Below, piece after piece: positions 26,541 to 40,705 of a DNA stretch of 64,000 nucleotides. The translations under genes and the position numbers were made by a program. Numbering within the stretch: position 1 is the stretch's first letter; each line of letters begins with the position of its first letter. Source of the stretch: Octopus vulgaris (taxonomy: Eukaryota); NCBI GenBank assembly GCA_951406725.2, contig OX597828.1, forward strand, positions 72,354,001-72,418,000, written 5' to 3'. The notes under the pieces are model-generated. The model searched no databases. It worked only from the letters and a program-made list of their open reading frames with translations, and had not been told where the DNA came from.

Positions 26541-26830
26541 CAATGATCTATTTAGATCTCGGTAGTGTTAAGTATACTTTAAACATATTCTCGTAATGTC
26601 CAAAGACACACGGTGTAGGAGATAATGACAGAGTTAGGTGGAAGCGACAAGTTGATAAACATTCGATCGGATGTGATATATCGAGTTTATTTAGTACAAG
26701 TTAAATAATTGTTTGCGATGTCTACTAACGTCTTCCTTAATATGGCTTTCATCTGGGGAGAAAGAGAAAGAGGAAAGCGTGAGTGAGAAGGAAAACAGAG
26801 AGAAAGAAAGAAAGAAAGAGAGAGAGAGAA

Positions 26831-26895
<65 letters not shown>

Positions 26896-28057
26896 CAACC
26901 TTGGTTGGTTTCGCTTTCATAGTGGATTCATAGAAAGAATTTTTCATGTCAAGGAGAGCGTTACGAAGGCAAACAGCAGGTCGGAAGTCATGGCCTGATC
27001 TTGGCTTGTTTGTCGTCTTTTACTTGGAATATGTTTGAGAAAAGCGAGCTACTCAGGGCACGAGCCTCTCCTACATAACTGAAGATGTCAACTAAGTGTT
27101 TTGAAGAAGAGGAAACTAAAATATATCATTAAAACAAACTGAGAAAATACCGATCTGTATCGCTACTCTGTAGTTTTCCTCCAGCAAAGGAAGTGCAATA
27201 TGGCGACGTTGCTATTTTACTAATATATTTCAAGTCTGATCGTTGATATTTCCAATAAATAACTTCATGTGGTTAGTGACAGAGGTACGCAGAAGAAAAA
27301 CCATCTTGTTAAGTAATTTCCGGAATTTCTGAATAGATATTTTATCAAATAAATTTAATTTACTGGAAATATTTTCCTCTCTTCACTGACAAAAATAATT
27401 AACATTTTGCGTTCTCTGTTTGGAACTAATTGATCCCAATCAGCTACAAATATAATTTGAATGTTTTTCATTTTTTTTTCAAATAATTTCTATCTTTGGA
27501 ATGGTGTAGTTTAATTCTGAATAGGTCATACAAATACAATATTATTATTTTTGATAATTTCAAAACTGTGTTACCAATATTATTTTAATGAAAATAACAA
27601 TATATATTTATTTCATTTTTTTCCTGCAACAATTAATATCGATTTTGACTAGTCAGTGGAGACATAATCCATTAAATCAATTCGATTAGATTTCCAGTGT
27701 TTATATCTTTGTCCTTACTACGATGGAAGGCCAGCTCTGGAGAGATTTGAACGTGGAAATGAGAGAAAGAAAGTTATAAAACACTGTAAGGAACGTTGTC
27801 CGGCGCTCTATCACTTATCTAAAGGACTTAATGCAAGACTTTATGCGAGATTGACCGAGCTGCTAGAAATAGTAACCAAATCTCTCTCCAAAAGAGAAAA
27901 AAAAAGAAGAGGAAATTGGATCGTGTAGGCCTAAGTGCACTATGCCTGAAAAAGTTGGCTTGAAGGTCGTGGGTGGAATGCTTTTGATGATGGCGTTGTT
28001 GAATCAGATCGTACTTGGAGATCAACAAGAAGAAGAAGAAGTTGGCAGAAACGTCGA

Positions 28058-28460
28058 GTTGGCAGAATCGTTAGCACGCCGGTTGAAATGCTTAGCGGTA
28101 TTTCGTCTGCCGCTACGTTCTGAGTTCAAATTCCGCCGAAGTCGACTTTGCCTTTCATCCTTTCGGGGTCGATAAATTAAGTACCAGTTACGCACTGGAG
28201 TCGATACAATCGACTTAATCCGTTTGTCTGTCTTGTTTGTCCTCTCTGTGTTTAGCCTCTTCTGGGTAGTAAAGAAATAGGTATTTCGTCTGCCGTTACG
28301 TTCTGAGTTCAAACTCCGCCGAGGTTGACTTTGCATGTTATCCTTTCCGGGTCAATTAAATAAGTACTAGTTACGCACTGGGATCGATATAATCAACTTA
28401 ATCCCTTCGTTCTTGTTTGTCCCCTCCATGTTTAGCTCCTTGTGGGCAATAAAGAAATAA
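28058..28460 (+). mobile_element. Dimeric SINE family A
   Basis: Head plus two core modules. Confidence 0.88.
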
Positions 28461-29119
28461 TAATAATAAGAAGAACATGAACAAGAACAAGACCAACAAT
28501 GAATATAATGCAGAAATTAATTCCACGCTCATTTTCAATATTTTACCAATTTCCTGTTCCGACACAATAAGCCAACGTGTGACTTACTCGAACATTCTCA
28601 AAGACAGAAGCCATTTTCTAAAAAAAATTACAATCAATGATATGTTTTGTTTTCTCATTGTTACTGCCTCCTATTGGCAAAATAAGTTATTAAAACAGCG
28701 ATATAATCACGTTTAATAAACATCGATTGGTGGGAAAAAATTGAAATATCGTATTTCGCTGTTGAAAATCTTAGAAAAGTTTGTACTTTGTTGAACCAGG
28801 AAATATTGACGTTATTAATTTAACAGACATTTTGAATTATTGTTGAAAAGAAGAAGTTTAACAGATTCTTCCCCAGAGCACTTTTTTTTTGTTTATTTCA
28901 CCGAGAAATTGATCGGTAAAACTTTATTAAATGGATAATTAAATGCTTCTTAACCAAAAGTTGTGGAATTTTCTCCGTTTTAAAATTAGTTAAAAATAAC
29001 AAGGTTATTGCAGATATGTATTAGGAAATGAATGAACAAAGAAAAAAAGAAGGTAAAACAGGAGAGGCATGTTTTAACAAATGTTGTTTTGGCTTAACGT
29101 GTAAAAGGATGGAAAAGTG

Positions 29120-29155
29120 TTTTGACGCTTCGGATGCTAGTCCTTCACCAGAAAA
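29120..29155 (-). ncRNA. Degenerate minimal hammerhead motif
   Basis: TTTT-CTGGTGA-A-GGActagcaTCC-GAAG-CG-TC-AAAA; same layout as the 41772 and 56116 motifs but with two core changes. Confidence 0.45.
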
Positions 29156-29622
29156 ATTAAAAAGTTGTGAAAAGATGGTACGAAAAATAAAAGGAATGAG
29201 AAAAAGTGGTGGGGAATGGGAGGAAAAACATAAAGTAAGGGACCAGAGTAAAGTTCTATAGGGGAAGGTTAAGTAGAAAAGAGGAAGCGGCAGGGCAGAG
29301 TGTACGTATAAGAGGGTATCTGTGTATAGAGATTAACATAAGGGAAAATGTGTGTGGTGGTATTAAGTGCGTGGGGTTTCTTGAGGTGTGCATAGATGTA
29401 TGGAAGTGTGCAAGTATGGGAATGTAGTGCTGTGGGGGGTTGTGTGGGAAGAATATGTGTAAGTGTAAACGTATTGGATGAAAGAGGAAGGCTTGAAGGG
29501 GAAGGGTATGAGGCAGGTACGAGAGTAAGGTGAAAGTGATGATAAACGGAATATTTAAACAAAGACGATGATGAAAACAAGGTATAAATAGTGAAACAAG
29601 AATACCTTGAAGATGTACTTAC

Positions 29623-29746
29623 TTTTCCGAAAGTGGCAGCGCAGGCAGGTTCTAGGATTTCTTGACGACAAAAATCTAAATAATGAGCATAAAGAATGCA
29701 TCGTGGAAGGCAAACACCATCACAAATGCAGTAGTTATCTTCCAGC
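29623..29746 (-). CDS. RFX6: RFX6-like DNA-binding domain exon
   Basis: ttctag|G...GGAAAA|gtaagt, 124 nt. Translates (W)[41 protein letters not shown], an RFX winged-helix with RFX6-type residues. Confidence 0.97.
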
Positions 29747-30194
29747 CTAGAAGTTGGAGAGAATAGAAGAGAGAAAGAGAAATACATACGATAAATAGGA
29801 CTGTCGTATTAACTGAGATTCATAGAAAGAGGCTAAATTTTGTATTTTAATGAAATTTAGTATAACTTCTTATGAATTGGAGTCGGGAAATGACAGGGAG
29901 TATCAGGTTCGTTACCAAACCTCTTCCGCTGGCCCTCTAGCTGACAAGCTTGAATTAATTAGAGTAGTGATCGAACTCAGGTTTAACACGAGATACGTGC
30001 ATTTTGTCCTCGACGGAGCGATAGGCATGTCAGCCGTCACTCGCGAGAGAGTATAACTTGGTGCTGTATACTATGCTTTTACTAACTGTTTTAGATGCCT
30101 TTGTAGTTAAGAACAAGCATAGACACCTCGGCTCTTCCAATATCTTTCTTAGCACACCATGATATGAAGAGAGAGAGAGAGAGAGAGGGAGAGG

Positions 30195-30234
<40 letters not shown>

Positions 30235-30404
30235 ATTGCAGCAGTAGAATCAGAGTCTTGTTTGTCTTCATCTAAATAGAGTGGGGCAACGTGAAATGAA
30301 GTGCCCTGCGCAAGGACAAAACGCATTGTCTGGTCCAGGATTTGAACTCGCAACATTATTATCGTAAACCAAATATCCTAGCCATAAGGCTACTCACCTT
30401 CACC

Positions 30405-31410
30405 CATATGGGATCTTTTCTAAAAGAAGGTCAGATTTTTCTAGTTAACTAAATAATTTGAAACTTCGTATACTGGTAGAATGTGTCAAAAGAAGACATT
30501 AATTTCAAATAATTTTTTAGAAAAATGTATATTCTAACTTTTACGTAGATTAATTCTTCGAATTTTAACCAATCGTATTCTCTGTTTTGACCTCAATTCA
30601 TTTACTACCGTGTTATTCATCCTTATCAGTCTTCTGTTTTCTGACTTCAAAGGCTTGTTTATTTCAATGTCATCCCTGACTTACGGACCGATTACCTGTG
30701 TGTGTGTGTGTGTGTGTGTTTGTTGTGTATGTGTGTTTGTGTGTGTGTTTGTGTGTGTGTTTTTTGTTGTGTATGTGTGCGTGTGTGTGTTTGTTGTGTG
30801 TGTGTGTGTGTTGTTGTGTATGTGTGTGTGTTGGGCGACGAAATTCATCGATTTAAGAGATACACAACACACGCACACATACACAACAAAAGACACACAC
30901 ACACACATACACAAAAATAACACACACACAACAAACACACACACGCACACACATACACAACAAAAACACACACACACATACATGACAAAAAGACACACAC
31001 ACACACACGCACACATACACAACAAAAACACACTCACACACACATACACAACAATAACACACACACAACAAACACACACACGCACACACATACACAACAA
31101 ACACACACACACACAGGTAATCGGTCCGTAAGTCAGGGATGACATTGAAATAAACAAGCCTTTGAAGTCAGAAAACAGAAGACTGATAAGGATGAATAAC
31201 ACGGTAGTAAATGAATTGAGGTCAAAACAGAGAATACGATTGGTTAAAATTCGAAGAATTAAACTACGTAAAAGTTAGAATATACATTTTTCTCCCAAAA
31301 ATTATTTGAAATTAATGTTTTCTTTTGACACATTCTACCAGTATACGAAGTTTCAAATTATTTAGTTAACTAGAAAAATCTGGCCTTCTTTTAGAAAAGA
31401 TCCCCATATG
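30405..31410. mobile_element. Foldback/MITE-like element with ~295-bp terminal inverted repeats
   Basis: 30405-30698 is the near-perfect reverse complement of 31114-31410. The interior is a TG-rich array facing a CA-rich array. Confidence 0.9.
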
Positions 31411-31483
<73 letters not shown>

Positions 31484-31524
31484 GTATGTATGTATGTATG
31501 TATGTATGTATGTACTATACACAT

Positions 31525-31566
<42 letters not shown>

Positions 31567-31575
31567 CATACATAC

Positions 31576-31620
<45 letters not shown>

Positions 31621-32116
31621 GAACTTACGTGTGATAAATAAACGCGATATTACGCGCGTTTATTTATCCCTCATCATCGCTTGATAACCAGTGTTGTTTT
31701 TTTACGTCCCTGTATCTTAGCGGTTCGGCAAAAGGGAACGATAGAATAAATACTAGACTTAAAAATCAATATGGTGGTCGATCTGTTCAACTAAGCCCTT
31801 CAAGTCGGTGCTCTAGCATGGCCGCAGTCCAGAAATAAAAACGGGAATGTATTATGAAAAACAGAAATATGTTAACTCCGAAACATGGCGATATTTGAAT
31901 TTCTCCTTTGAAAAACAATCCAGAGCAAAGCGTAACTTAAAGAAGATCTGTTTCCGTTACTAAAGACAAAATAAAGTGCATTGTGTTGGTAAAGCATGTT
32001 TTCTTTAGTTTAAAACTAGTAAAGTGTATAGACGTCTGTTGAAATTATAGTTTAATATTTAGTTAGCAATCTACGTAAATACCCAGTTCTCTCAAATAGA
32101 AGACAATATCGTTGTC

Positions 32117-32176
<60 letters not shown>

Positions 32177-33320
32177 GTAATGATATATTTCCGATATTGA
32201 TCCGTTTCAGCTGACGTCACAGTCGGCCATTATTGTCGTTGTATCGTAATTACTGCCCTTTGTCAAATATGTCATTTAAAAGCAACTCCTTCATTGGGAC
32301 GTGCAGCTCAGGATCACTCATCTCTGATATCCAAACTAACCAACTTCTCATTCATATAACCCAACGAAAGAAACCATTGTAGAAAAGAAAAAAGAAAAGA
32401 AAAAGAAAAGAAAGAAATAGGTTTTTATAACCAACTGCCATCATAAATGTCGGTAAACATGACGGCCCTCCTACGTTAGCCGCTGTTGAACCGCCATCAT
32501 TTCTTCTGACAAAATCACAAACTCTTTACTTGTATATTTTATTACTTTAAATTTCTTTCACAATCTCCCTCCTCCCACCGCCACCCTCTCTTTCTTATCC
32601 TTTCTCCCCCCCTTTCCTCTCCCCGTCGTCCACCATCTTGTAGTATTTAGCAACTTTACAACTCTCAGTTCTCTCCTCATTGCCGTGTCTGCAAATATTG
32701 GCTTTTTCTTCCGTCCCTTTGTGCGCCCCATGCGCTATCACAATTTATCTTACGACTGTCAGAATCTTTAATTTTCCTTCCAGATGTTTCTGTTCAGTTG
32801 GAGAGCGTCACGTTGTATTTCAGTGTTATATCGATCTCAAGTAGAAAAAAAAAGGGTGATGGTGATGGCGGCGTCGTTGTCGTCGTCGGTGGTGGTGGTG
32901 GTGGTTGCATGTGTGTATATTGTGGAGGAGTGGGTCGGGTCTAGGTTGGACGAACTAAGGGTAGTAAGAACGGATCAAGCCTGGTGGTGGTTGTGGGTTT
33001 GGATGGTGTGTTCGGGGGGTTGAAGAAGTAATCAAAGAGGAGGAAAGTAGCGCCTCTGAACATATCTTACTTTGTTCTATTAAAGAATAAATAAAACCTT
33101 TTCTTGCCGTCGCCCTCCCTCCCACACATCCAACAACAAATTAATAATGTTTTCATCACAAAATGTCCAGAACATGAATTTCGTTATTGACAACTGTTCT
33201 TCCTACATTCATTAAATCTTCTCTTTCAGTTCAGATCTCTTTCTTTCACTTGATCTGCCTCCATTCTTTCTTTCTCTTTCTTCCCACCATACTTATTTTA
33301 TTTCTAGATTATATATATAT

Positions 33321-33371
<51 letters not shown>

Positions 33372-33406
33372 ATATTTATATTTCTCCTCTTATCGCTGGG
33401 TTTTAT

Positions 33407-33493
<87 letters not shown>

Positions 33494-33494
33494 T

Positions 33495-33539
<45 letters not shown>

Positions 33540-34637
33540 ATTTATATTTCTCCTCTTATCGCTGGGTTTTATTATAATATAAATATGTCATGTCACAAGT
33601 CTTAAAGCCAAATCGTTTCTTAGATTAATGATAACGGCTTCAAGAAAACAAACACAGAATAAACATGAAAGACTTCAGAGAAATTGAAGTTTCGCCCCAT
33701 ATGTGACCAAACCACCGAATTCTCTTTTCCAATTAATAAAATATAATTACTGTAATTTAATTTAATCTTCAGATAAACGTCTTTTAATATATAACTTTTC
33801 ATTTTTTTAATTGAGAAATTTCTAAGCTAGTTTCGTCAATGGAAGGTGGATTTTGTAAGAAGAAAAAGAGTTGCGAAGAACGTTTATTAATATAATTTAT
33901 ATAATTACAAAGAGTGAGCCAAGGGAAATAACTCAAGTGAACCTATGGCATAATTTTAAATAATCTGGTAGACGGCGGTGTTCTTAACGACCTATGCAAA
34001 TATATTTTTGGTTTTATTTTTGTTTTTAAAAACTTCTACCAAGATTCTCCAATTGGTAGTGAAGGCACTTCGCCTGGTGGTTAGGGTGTTAGACTCACAT
34101 TCGCAAGACTGCGGTTTCGATTCCTGGATCGGGCGGGACATTGTGCTCTTGAGCAAAATATTTCATTTCACGTTACTCCAGTCCACTCAGCTGGCGTCCA
34201 ATTCAAGGAAATGTGGTGATCTCGGCCACTTATACAACATAGAAGCCGGATAACTTCCCGCACGAGGCTGGGGACTCGAGTCAGTAATGTCTCTTGATGA
34301 TTTCCTCTGTAATACTCTGGTGACCCCTCAATCGACAGTAACCCCACTTCATCTGTGATCTTGTGACTCTATTATAAACTCTGATTCTGTTTATGAAATT
34401 GCAACTTAATTTAATGACTCAGTATTACTTAAGGTCCTGATGTTTTGATTGTCGTACGCAAAAATATTTTAAGTGGATTCAAATTTGCCCCTTAGTGGGA
34501 GAAAGAAAACAAAGGCTAGTGACTATTGTTAGAGATTTTCAAAAGAAAGGAGAGATAATTTTGTGCAATTAAGAATTCATTTCACAGAATATTGAGTTTA
34601 TAAAGAAACCACATCTTCGTTAACGGGAAAGAACAGC

Positions 34638-34676
34638 TACAAACATGTTTCAGCCTCATCAGAACTCATCAGTATA
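34638..34676 (-). ncRNA. Type I hammerhead motif
   Basis: TATA-CTGATGA-GTTctgatgaGGC-T-GAAA-CATG-TT-TGTA; canonical core, palindromic stem III, weak stem II. Confidence 0.55.
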
Positions 34677-35279
34677 CTCAAGTTTTCTCAACTATGATTT
34701 CATTAGTGGAAATCGGTTTCATTAGTGGAAATACGTAGCATAATGATGAGAATGATTTGCATGATTATAAAAGGCGATCCAAGAGAAATAACTCAAGTAG
34801 ACTAACGGCATGAGTTTAAATATATTAGGTAGATGGTGATGGAGTGAATGACGCATGCAAAAGGAAAAAAAAATTCTAAATGAATTGAAAGAAAACAAAA
34901 CCGTAATATCAACTGTCATCGAGTTCCAAATGAAAGGGAGATAATTTTAACACATTAAGAATTAATTGAACAGAAAAAACAAATAATCGTGACGGTATCG
35001 TGTTTTACTTTGCCTTGATAACTAACTCCCAGAGTTCAAGTGCTTGTGGAGCCAACTTGTATCGTCGTTTTACCGAAGTCAACCTCATAGTCGCATGCAT
35101 GGTTGTGTGGTTAAAAAGTTCGATTTGCAACCGCGAATTTCCAGTTTCGAATTCCACTGCATAGAACTTTGGGTAAGTACCTATTATTATAGCTTCGGGT
35201 TGATTAAAGAAAATTGTTGTGAATGAAATTCAGTCGATGGAAACTGTACGGAACCCCATCTGAGAAGCAATTTCTGTTG

Positions 35280-35725
35280 TTATCTTTTATCTTTTACTTG
35301 CATCAGTCATTAGATGGCGGCCATGCTGTAGCATCACCTTAAAGAAATTTTCAATCAAATGAATCGACCCCAGTGCTTCATTCTTTTTAAAGCCTGGTAC
35401 TTATCGCTTTTATCGAACCGCTAAGTTACGGTGACATACACTCCAGCAACACTGGTTCTCAAGCGGTGACGGTGCACAAACACACACATCACGTGATTGA
35501 ACAGACTATTGAATGTTGTAACACATCGCTAATCACAATGCACTTCTGCATCGTTTTTACACACACGCACACGTCTTCTTTCAGTTTCCGTCTACCAGAT
35601 CCACTCACAACGCTTTTCCCGCCTGAGACTACAGTAGAAGATACTTGCCTAAGGTGCCACGCAGTGGGACTGAACCCAGAACCATATGGTTGGGAAGCAA
35701 ACCTCTTACCACACCGCCACGCCTG
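35280..35725 (-). mobile_element. SINE family B, diverged
   Basis: Head, core and tail are recognisable. Confidence 0.8.
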
Positions 35726-36141
35726 GTGAAGGATTTGATCTGTCGACTGGCGTATTATCCCAAGTTTGTCTCTTGGTGGGTCTTTAGCGGATCCCACTCT
35801 GCTGTAGGTTAGTAGGTCTGGTCTTTAGTCAGGGGATGACATTGTCTCAGAATTCTAGAGCACCGGACAAAATGTTGGAACAATGTCTCACAAGGAGTGC
35901 AACGAATGGTGGAGGTGGCAGAGGAGATACATCCGTCGTCAACGTTTCTGATACGGGTTGATTGGAGGAGAAGGAGGAGAAGACGAAGGAGGGCGAAGAT
36001 GAGGAAAAGAAGGGGAGTAGAGAAAGGGGAGGGGGAAGAGAAGAAAAAGAAGAGATCGAAAGCGGGAAGAGGAGAAGGAAGAAGAGGAGTAGTGAGGAAG
36101 AAGAAAGAGATGAAAGAGAAGATGGGAAAAAAGAAGAAGAA

Positions 36142-36172
<31 letters not shown>

Positions 36173-36293
36173 AAGAAGAAGAAGAAGAAGAAGAAGAAGA
36201 AGACAGGAACGAAATGAAGAAGAAGATGATAATAATAACGGCGACGAAGAAGAATATGAAGGAAAATAGAGAGATGAAGGAAGCACAACTTAC

Positions 36294-36558
36294 CATTGTA
36301 ATGTCAAAGCTGTTTGTTTCTTTTTGTCTCTCATGATTTGAGCAACGGTTTTCTTTGGAGCTTGTGAGTTACTATTATTATTATTGTTATTATTGTTGTT
36401 AGCGTTTTTGTTGGAATTATTAGTAAGCCTGGATCGAGATTTAGGTATCTCTGATTTTTCACCGTCATCATCTTCATCATCATCGCCATCGTCGTCTTCG
36501 TCGTCGTCGTCGTCATCACCTGTGCTAACCTCATCATCGGAATATCCCGTCGCCAGAT
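36294..36558 (-). CDS. RFX6: RFX6-like transcription factor, exon with acidic/Asn-rich N-terminal region and start of the DNA-binding domain
   Basis: Acceptor tctttcag|ATCTGG, donor CAATG|gtaagt, 265 nt. Translates (D)LATGYSDDEVSTGDDDD...SQAPKKTVAQIMRDKKKQTALTLQ(W), matching the vertebrate RFX6 motif [21 protein letters not shown] as I recall it. Confidence 0.9.
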
Positions 36559-36737
36559 CTGAAAGATTACATTCAGGAATAAAAAGGGGGAAAATCGCTT
36601 TAAATGATATTTTGCAAGAAATTAGGTTATTATGTGTATTTTTTTTCGTGAATTAGTAAAATCAGTGCTATCATACTAAATATTGTTAGGCAAAAAACAA
36701 AAATAATTAATTCATTAAAACTCTAGCGGTAATAAAG

Positions 36738-36990
36738 AGAAATAATTATTACTGGTTGATTCTGGTAAAAAATGACAGGGGAGATAACTACGAAATTTTG
36801 ATTAATTAAAACTATATCTGTAGGGAGGAGAAATAATATTTGATGATTAATTCTGGCAAAGAAAAGCAAGAGAGATTATCGTGAAATTCTGATTAATTAA
36901 AATACAGTCAAAATGAGAAATATTTTTAATGATAAATTCTAGTAAAGAAAGATAGGGGAGATAACCAGAAAAATTTTAATTAATTAGAAT
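36738..36990. repeat. Three diverged ~90-bp tandem repeats
   Basis: Recurring GAGAAATA...ATTCTRGYAAA...GAGATWA...GAAATTYTRATTAATTA. Confidence 0.7.
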
Positions 36991-37058
36991 TAATTAAATC
37001 TAGATAGGCTATGCTAATGTGGTGGGTGAATATGACCTTTGATGCTACAGTGTCAACT

Positions 37059-37095
37059 TCGAACATATTTCGACTTTATTAAACCTCTTCAGCGA
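37059..37095 (-). ncRNA. Type I hammerhead motif
   Basis: TCG-CTGAAGA-GGTTTaataAAGTC-GAAA-TATG-TT-CGA; canonical core with short stems. Confidence 0.55.
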
Positions 37096-37866
37096 GTGTA
37101 ATTGCAAGCATAATTTCGTCATATACCTACTATAGATCTTTCGAGGATGCGGTTTACCAAGACTGACCCTATGAAAGCTCTAATGGTAGTCAAGCCTCCG
37201 GTGTGCATCTCACCTTCCCCGTTATGTATCTCTCATTGTTTTTTAAATTCTGGGAAAACGACGAAAACTTTTTCCATACGCTTCACTTAAATCACCAAAC
37301 ATTTTCTCGAAAACAACAGAATGACTGGGGATAATAAATTTTGGTGATCCTATTACGAAGAATCTTTTTAAAATAGGGAAGCATTTTAGAGAAGTTTCTG
37401 CTCTATGGCTGCCATGACAGTCTCTGATAACTCGAAGGAACGAAGACCTTAAATAGATAGCACTGAACCACTAGATCTATGAAATGGGGATATTTTTATA
37501 AGCACTCTTTTATGAGGTCCTTCAAAAATCCCCGATTTAAGTTTTTCCAAGCCTAGTCCTGAATTTTCTGCTAAAGTAGAAATCGTCTATGTTGAATATC
37601 TTAAAAGGGACTCGGTGATTTGTCTTTCCATCAACTAAATATTTATTAAAAATTTCTTTTCCAACTTTCATGTTTTCCCTTAAAGTTCACCCTCTTCTGA
37701 TTTTGCAGTGCCAAAGAAATAAAATGTGCGAATATTTCTTGTAGTCGTTTTGGTGAGCAAGAAGAAAGTTCGCCATCATTAGATCTACACAAAACCGCCA
37801 TTGATGCCATCATTGTTCTCAAGACTCCTCCTCTTTCATACTAATAGAGTTGAACAACTGGAATTC

Positions 37867-38347
<481 letters not shown>

Positions 38348-38789
38348 GCAGTGAGCTGGAATGCGGCCATATTTATTGAGTAAAAGAATTCATTTTAAAC
38401 TCACTTGCGTGGAAATATCAAAAAAAAAAAAAAACACAATTCATTTGACTTATTTTCTGATATATATGTATCCATTTTTTTCTCAAAAGGCCTCTTATAT
38501 TATTGCAAGAACCTTGATAAATATTTGCCACTTTTCATTCTGTTCCATTCTACGTCATCAGGCATAACCGATTCCTAACAATCGTTAAGAAGCTCTGCTA
38601 GGAAATAAGGGATGGAAACGGTACCTCATTTGAGTCCGTAACAACTCTTCTTTCTGACTGAAAGTCCAGGATATGTCTGTTTGCTTTCAATGAATGTCTT
38701 TTATGCTGACAAGTTTTAAAAATAGCAACTACTCTTATGATTATTCTTTTAACAAAGGTTTTCTTGGAAATCTCAGAATCTTGCTTGAG

Positions 38790-39000
38790 TAGCGGGCTTG
38801 CTACCATGCCATCCGTCCACTTCAACTGTCTTGTACTTTCCTCCTGATTTTGGTAGTGCCAAGGAGGCAAACCTTCTGCAACAGCACTACTGCTCACCCT
38901 ATTCCTATTTTTTAATATTCTTCTCAATATCTTTTGATATTGTCCCCAAGGTCTCGACGGTAATTGGTACCATCTTCACCTTTTTCATCTTCCACATTAT
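38790..39000 (-). pseudogene. 3' end of an R4/Dong-like RLE retrotransposon
   Basis: MWKMKKVKMVPITVETLGTISKDIEKNIKK resembles the C-terminus at 54400-54570. Confidence 0.65.
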
Positions 39001-39011
39001 TATTGTTGTTG

Positions 39012-39076
<65 letters not shown>

Positions 39077-39251
39077 ATTATTATTATTATTATTGTTGTT
39101 GTTGTTGTTGTTGTTATTATTATTATTGTTGTTGTTGTTATTATTATTATCATTATTATTATCATTATTGTTGCTGTTGTTGTTATTATTATTATTGTTG
39201 TTGTTGTTATTATTATTATTGTTGTTGTTATTATTGTTGTTGTTGTTGTTG

Positions 39252-39292
<41 letters not shown>

Positions 39293-39294
39293 TA

Positions 39295-39680
39295 AGGCGG
39301 CGAGCTGGCAAAAGCGTCAGCACGCCGGTCGAAATGCTTAGCGGTATTTCGTCTGCCGCTACGTTCTGAGTTCAAATTCCGCTGAGGTCGACTTTGCCTT
39401 TCATCCTTTCGGGGTCGATTAAATAAGTACCAGTTATGCACTGGGGTCGATATAATCGACTTAATCCGTTTGTTTGTCCTTGTTTGTCCTCTCTGTGTTT
39501 AGCCTCTTGTGGGTAGTAAAGAAATAGGTATTTCGTTCTGAGTTCAAATTCTGATGGGATCGACATTGCCCTTCATCCTTTCGGGGGTCAATAAATTAAA
39601 TACCAGCGAAACACTGGGGTCGATGTAATCGACTAGTTTCCTCCCACCAAATTTCAGGCCTTGTGCCTTTAGTAGAAAGG
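39295..39680 (+). mobile_element. Dimeric SINE family A between (ATT)n arrays
   Basis: Head plus two cores with two different tails. Confidence 0.88.
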
Positions 39681-39726
39681 ATTATTATTATTATTATTAC
39701 TAATATTATCATTATCATTATTATTA

Positions 39727-39871
<145 letters not shown>

Positions 39872-39906
39872 TAATATTATCATTATCATTATTATTATCA
39901 TAATCA

Positions 39907-39955
<49 letters not shown>

Positions 39956-39963
39956 CATCATCA

Positions 39964-40030
<67 letters not shown>

Positions 40031-40411
40031 CTAAAAAAAGGCGGTGTGCTGGCAGAATCGCTTGCACAGTGGACAAAATTCCCAGAGACATTTTTCTTGC
40101 ATTACGTTCTGCGTTCAAATTCCGCTGAGGTTAGCATTAACTTTTATCATTTCGGTGTCGATAAAATGAGTACCAGTCGAGCACTGAAGTCGTTGTGGAA
40201 TTGCTGGCTTTGTGCCAAAATTTGAAATCGTCCTTATCATTATTGTTGTTGCTGTTGTTGTTGTTGGTGATGGTGTTATTGGCTGTTTAGCTCAGCTAAA
40301 GTAAACTGGCCCAGTCGATTTGTTCGAGTAAAGCCCTTCAAGGCGGTGCCCCAGCGTGGCCGCAGTCAAGTGACTGAAACAAGTTTTAAACAAAATCTAT
40401 GTAATTACAGT

Positions 40412-40705
40412 GGAGGCACATGGCCTAGTGGTTAGAGCAGCGGACTCGCGGTCGAGGAATCGCGGATTCGAATCTCAGACGGGGTGATGTGTGTGTTTGT
40501 GAGCGAAACACCTAAGCTCCAAGCGGCTCTGGCAGAAGGTAATGGCGAACTTCTGCTGACTCTTTCGCCACAACTTTCACTCTTTCCTCCTGCATCTTGC
40601 AGCTCACCTGTGACGGACCGGCGTCCCGTTCAGGTGGAGAACCTATACGCCAAGGAAACCGGGAAACCGGTCCTTATGAGCCAGGCGTGACTCGAGAAGG
40701 AACAA
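40412..40705 (+). mobile_element. tRNA-derived SINE with V-domain-like core
   Basis: A box TGGCCTAGTGG, B box GATTCGAATC, core CCTGTGACGGACCGGCGTCCCGTTCAGG. Confidence 0.8.

Noticed and set aside
30610-31202. Two mirror-image 173-aa ORFs with identical N-termini
   Set aside because: Artefact of the foldback element's inverted repeats.
32766-33023. Plus-strand acceptor (ttttccttccag) and 79-aa ORF
   Set aside because: No recognisable protein or partner exons; low-complexity sequence antisense to RFX6.
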